DNA of 63,421 nt, counting the filler, from Octopus bimaculoides (lineage: Eukaryota), in the NCBI RefSeq assembly GCF_001194135.2. It is 6 parts of 6 records of this genome, joined end to end, with 100 filler letters (N's around TTAATTAATTAA, not from the genome) between each part and the next. Parts side by side here need not be neighbours in the genome. Positions count along the whole stretch, not along the records: positions 58,561 to 62,211 come from NC_069004.1; positions 62,312 to 63,421 come from NC_069008.1; 4 more parts are not named here. One strand, 5' to 3'. The notes under the pieces were generated by a model. The model had not been told where the DNA came from and did not search any database. It worked only from the letters and a program-made list of their open reading frames with translations. Positions 61,661 to 63,421 of this stretch are shown piece after piece. Position 1 is the first letter of the stretch, and each line of letters opens with the position of its first letter. A program made the translations under genes and the position numbers.

Positions 61661-62004
61661 TCATCTTTTATCTTTATATTTTACCTGTTCCAGTCATTAG
61701 ACTGCGGCCATGCTGGGGCACAACCTTGAAGAATTTTAGTCGAACGAATCAACACCTGTACTTTTTGGCAAAACCTGGTACTTATTTTATCGTTATCTTT
61801 TGCTAAACTGCTAGCTTACAGGAACGTAAACAGACCAACACCGGTTATATATATATAGACAGGGTTCTTTCAGTTTCTTTCTACAAGTCCACTCATAAGG
61901 CTTTTGTCAGCCTAAAGCTATAGTCGAAGACCAAAGTACCATGCAATGGGACTGAAGTCGGGACCACGTGATTGGGAAGCAAACTTCTTACGACACAAAC
62001 ACGC
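61661..62004 (-). mobile_element. SINE-E
   Basis: cagtcattagactgcggccatgctgggg...tgggactgaa...gattgggaagcaaacttcttac. Confidence 0.85.
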
Positions 62005-62255
62005 TTGGTTTGAGTATTTTCCCTCGATGTTAAGCAAATTCTATTCCTGTCTCCCTTTCTTTCTATCTACACACACACACACACACACACTAGACTATCG
62101 GTGACCCGTTGAGTCACCAGTAGTTCAAGGTACCCGAAGAAACTGCGTCTCTCGGGAAGCGGAGATCTGATCCTACGCAAAACTTGTTTTATTCCGTTTG
62201 TATTCCCATTTNNNNNNNNNNNNNNNNNNNNNNNNNNNNNNNNNNNNNNNNNNNN

Positions 62256-62267
62256 TTAATTAATTAA
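62256..62267. other. Artificial gap linker TTAATTAATTAA
   Basis: 44 N + 12-mer + 44 N. Confidence 0.95.
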
Positions 62268-62356
62268 NNNNNNNNNNNNNNNNNNNNNNNNNNNNNNNNN
62301 NNNNNNNNNNNCCTCCACCACATCTGTCTTTCAAAATTTCTCTCTGCCCACAACTT

Positions 62357-62573
62357 AAGGTGGCAAGCTCACAGAATCGTTAGCACGCCGGGCGAAATGG
62401 TAAATGTCCGTTCCTCCATCTTTACGTTCTGAAGTTCAAATTCCACCGACGTCGACTTTGCCCTTCATCCTTTCGGAGTCAATAAATTAAGTACCAGTTA
62501 TACACTGGGGTCGATGAAATTGACATACCACCTCCCCCCAAATTTTGGGTTTTGTGACTACCATAGGAAGGAT
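62357..62573 (+). mobile_element. SINE-C
   Basis: gaatcgttagcacgccgggcgaaatg...gtcgactttgcccttcatcctttcggagtcaataaattaagtaccag. Confidence 0.85.
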
Positions 62574-62639
62574 TATATATATATATATATATATACACGT
62601 GTGTGTGTTTGTTTGTGTTTGTGGGTGGGTGTGTCTTTT

Positions 62640-62795
62640 GTCCATCACCACCACTTGATAACCGGTGATGGTGTGTTTATATCCCTGCAACTTAGCAGCC
62701 TCACTAAAGTACTGAGTTTGATTCATTCATCTAAAAGCTTTTCAAAGCGTTGCCCCAGCATGGCCAAGATTTAAGGCCTGAAACAAGCCAAAGAT
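62640..62795 (+). mobile_element. SINE-E 3-prime fragment
   Basis: ccaccacttgataaccggtgatggtgtgttt...gttgccccagcatggcc. Confidence 0.6.
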
Positions 62796-62818
62796 AAACG
62801 TGTGTGTATGAAATTATG

Positions 62819-63129
62819 TATGTATAATATGGGTGTATAATATGGGTGTATAATATGGGTGTGTAATATGGATGTGTAGTATGGATGTATAATGTGGGTG
62901 TATAATATGGGTGTATAATATGGGTGTATAACATGGGTGTATAACATGGGTGTATAATGTGGGTGTATAATGTGGGTGTATAATGTGGGTGTATAATATG
63001 GGTGTATAATATGTGTATAATATGGATGTATAATATGGATGTATAATATGGGTGTATAATATGGGTATATAACATGGGTATATAACATGGGTGTATAATA
63101 CGGATGTATAACATGGGTGTATAATATGG
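62819..63129. repeat. 13-bp minisatellite GTGTATAATATGG, about 24 units
   Basis: Seen directly; one shortened unit near 63010. It explains the LYTHIIHPYYT ORFs. Confidence 0.95.
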
Positions 63130-63346
63130 TTTTGTTTTTTTCCTTTCTTAAGTCTCTCCCTCCCGTTACCCCTCACTCCCTTCCCTTCTCACTCATTCAT
63201 TCACTACTTCTCTCTCTCGCCCCCTCCCCTTCACCCTCTTGCTCTCTAATTTTTTTCTCACTCTCTCCCCTCCCTTCTTTCCCACTCCCTCCTTTACTAT
63301 AACCTCCCCCTCCCTCCCCCCTCTCTCTCTCTCTGTACTCAACTCT

Positions 63347-63421
63347 TTCTTCCCAACCATATGGTTCCAGGTTCAATCCTTGTAAGTGGATTTGGTAGAC
63401 GGAAACTGAAAGAAGCCCATC
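63347..63421 (+). mobile_element. SINE-E 5-prime fragment with internal deletion, cut by the window edge
   Basis: cttcccaaccatatggttccaggttcaatcc joined to gtggatttggtagacggaaactgaaagaagccc. Confidence 0.75.

Overview
AT-rich, microsatellite-dense animal genomic DNA from a gapped draft assembly. It is most likely a coleoid cephalopod such as Octopus; this is inferred from the SINE families and repeat landscape, not from a search. No host protein-coding gene, rRNA, genuine tRNA or CRISPR array can be supported. Almost all long ORFs in the supplied track run through N gaps or microsatellites. The window is mainly decayed mobile elements: three different Tc1/mariner copies, two hAT elements, several MITEs, two Helitron-like ends, RTE, CR1-group, R4/Dong and Penelope retroelement remnants, a Gypsy gag fragment, and about 35 SINE copies. 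SINE labels A, B, C, E, F, G and V are my working names. The best leads are: (1) a minimal hammerhead ribozyme with an intact core, overlapped by a perfect 28-bp antisense arm (5508-5589); (2) an RTE LINE insertion with twin-priming 5-prime inversion geometry (29184-29880); (3) a SINE copy with strand-biased A-to-G changes, possibly a fossil of ADAR editing (45620-45791); (4) an RTE>hAT>mariner nest proven by an 8-bp TSD; (5) R4/Dong-like elements stacked in a TAA microsatellite; (6) structured tandem units, one with a compensatory base pair, in SINE-B heads; (7) a candidate 11-nt microexon. I found no convincing new multi-gene system. All calls were made by eye, without alignment or folding software, and element boundaries are approximate unless a TIR or TSD is quoted.
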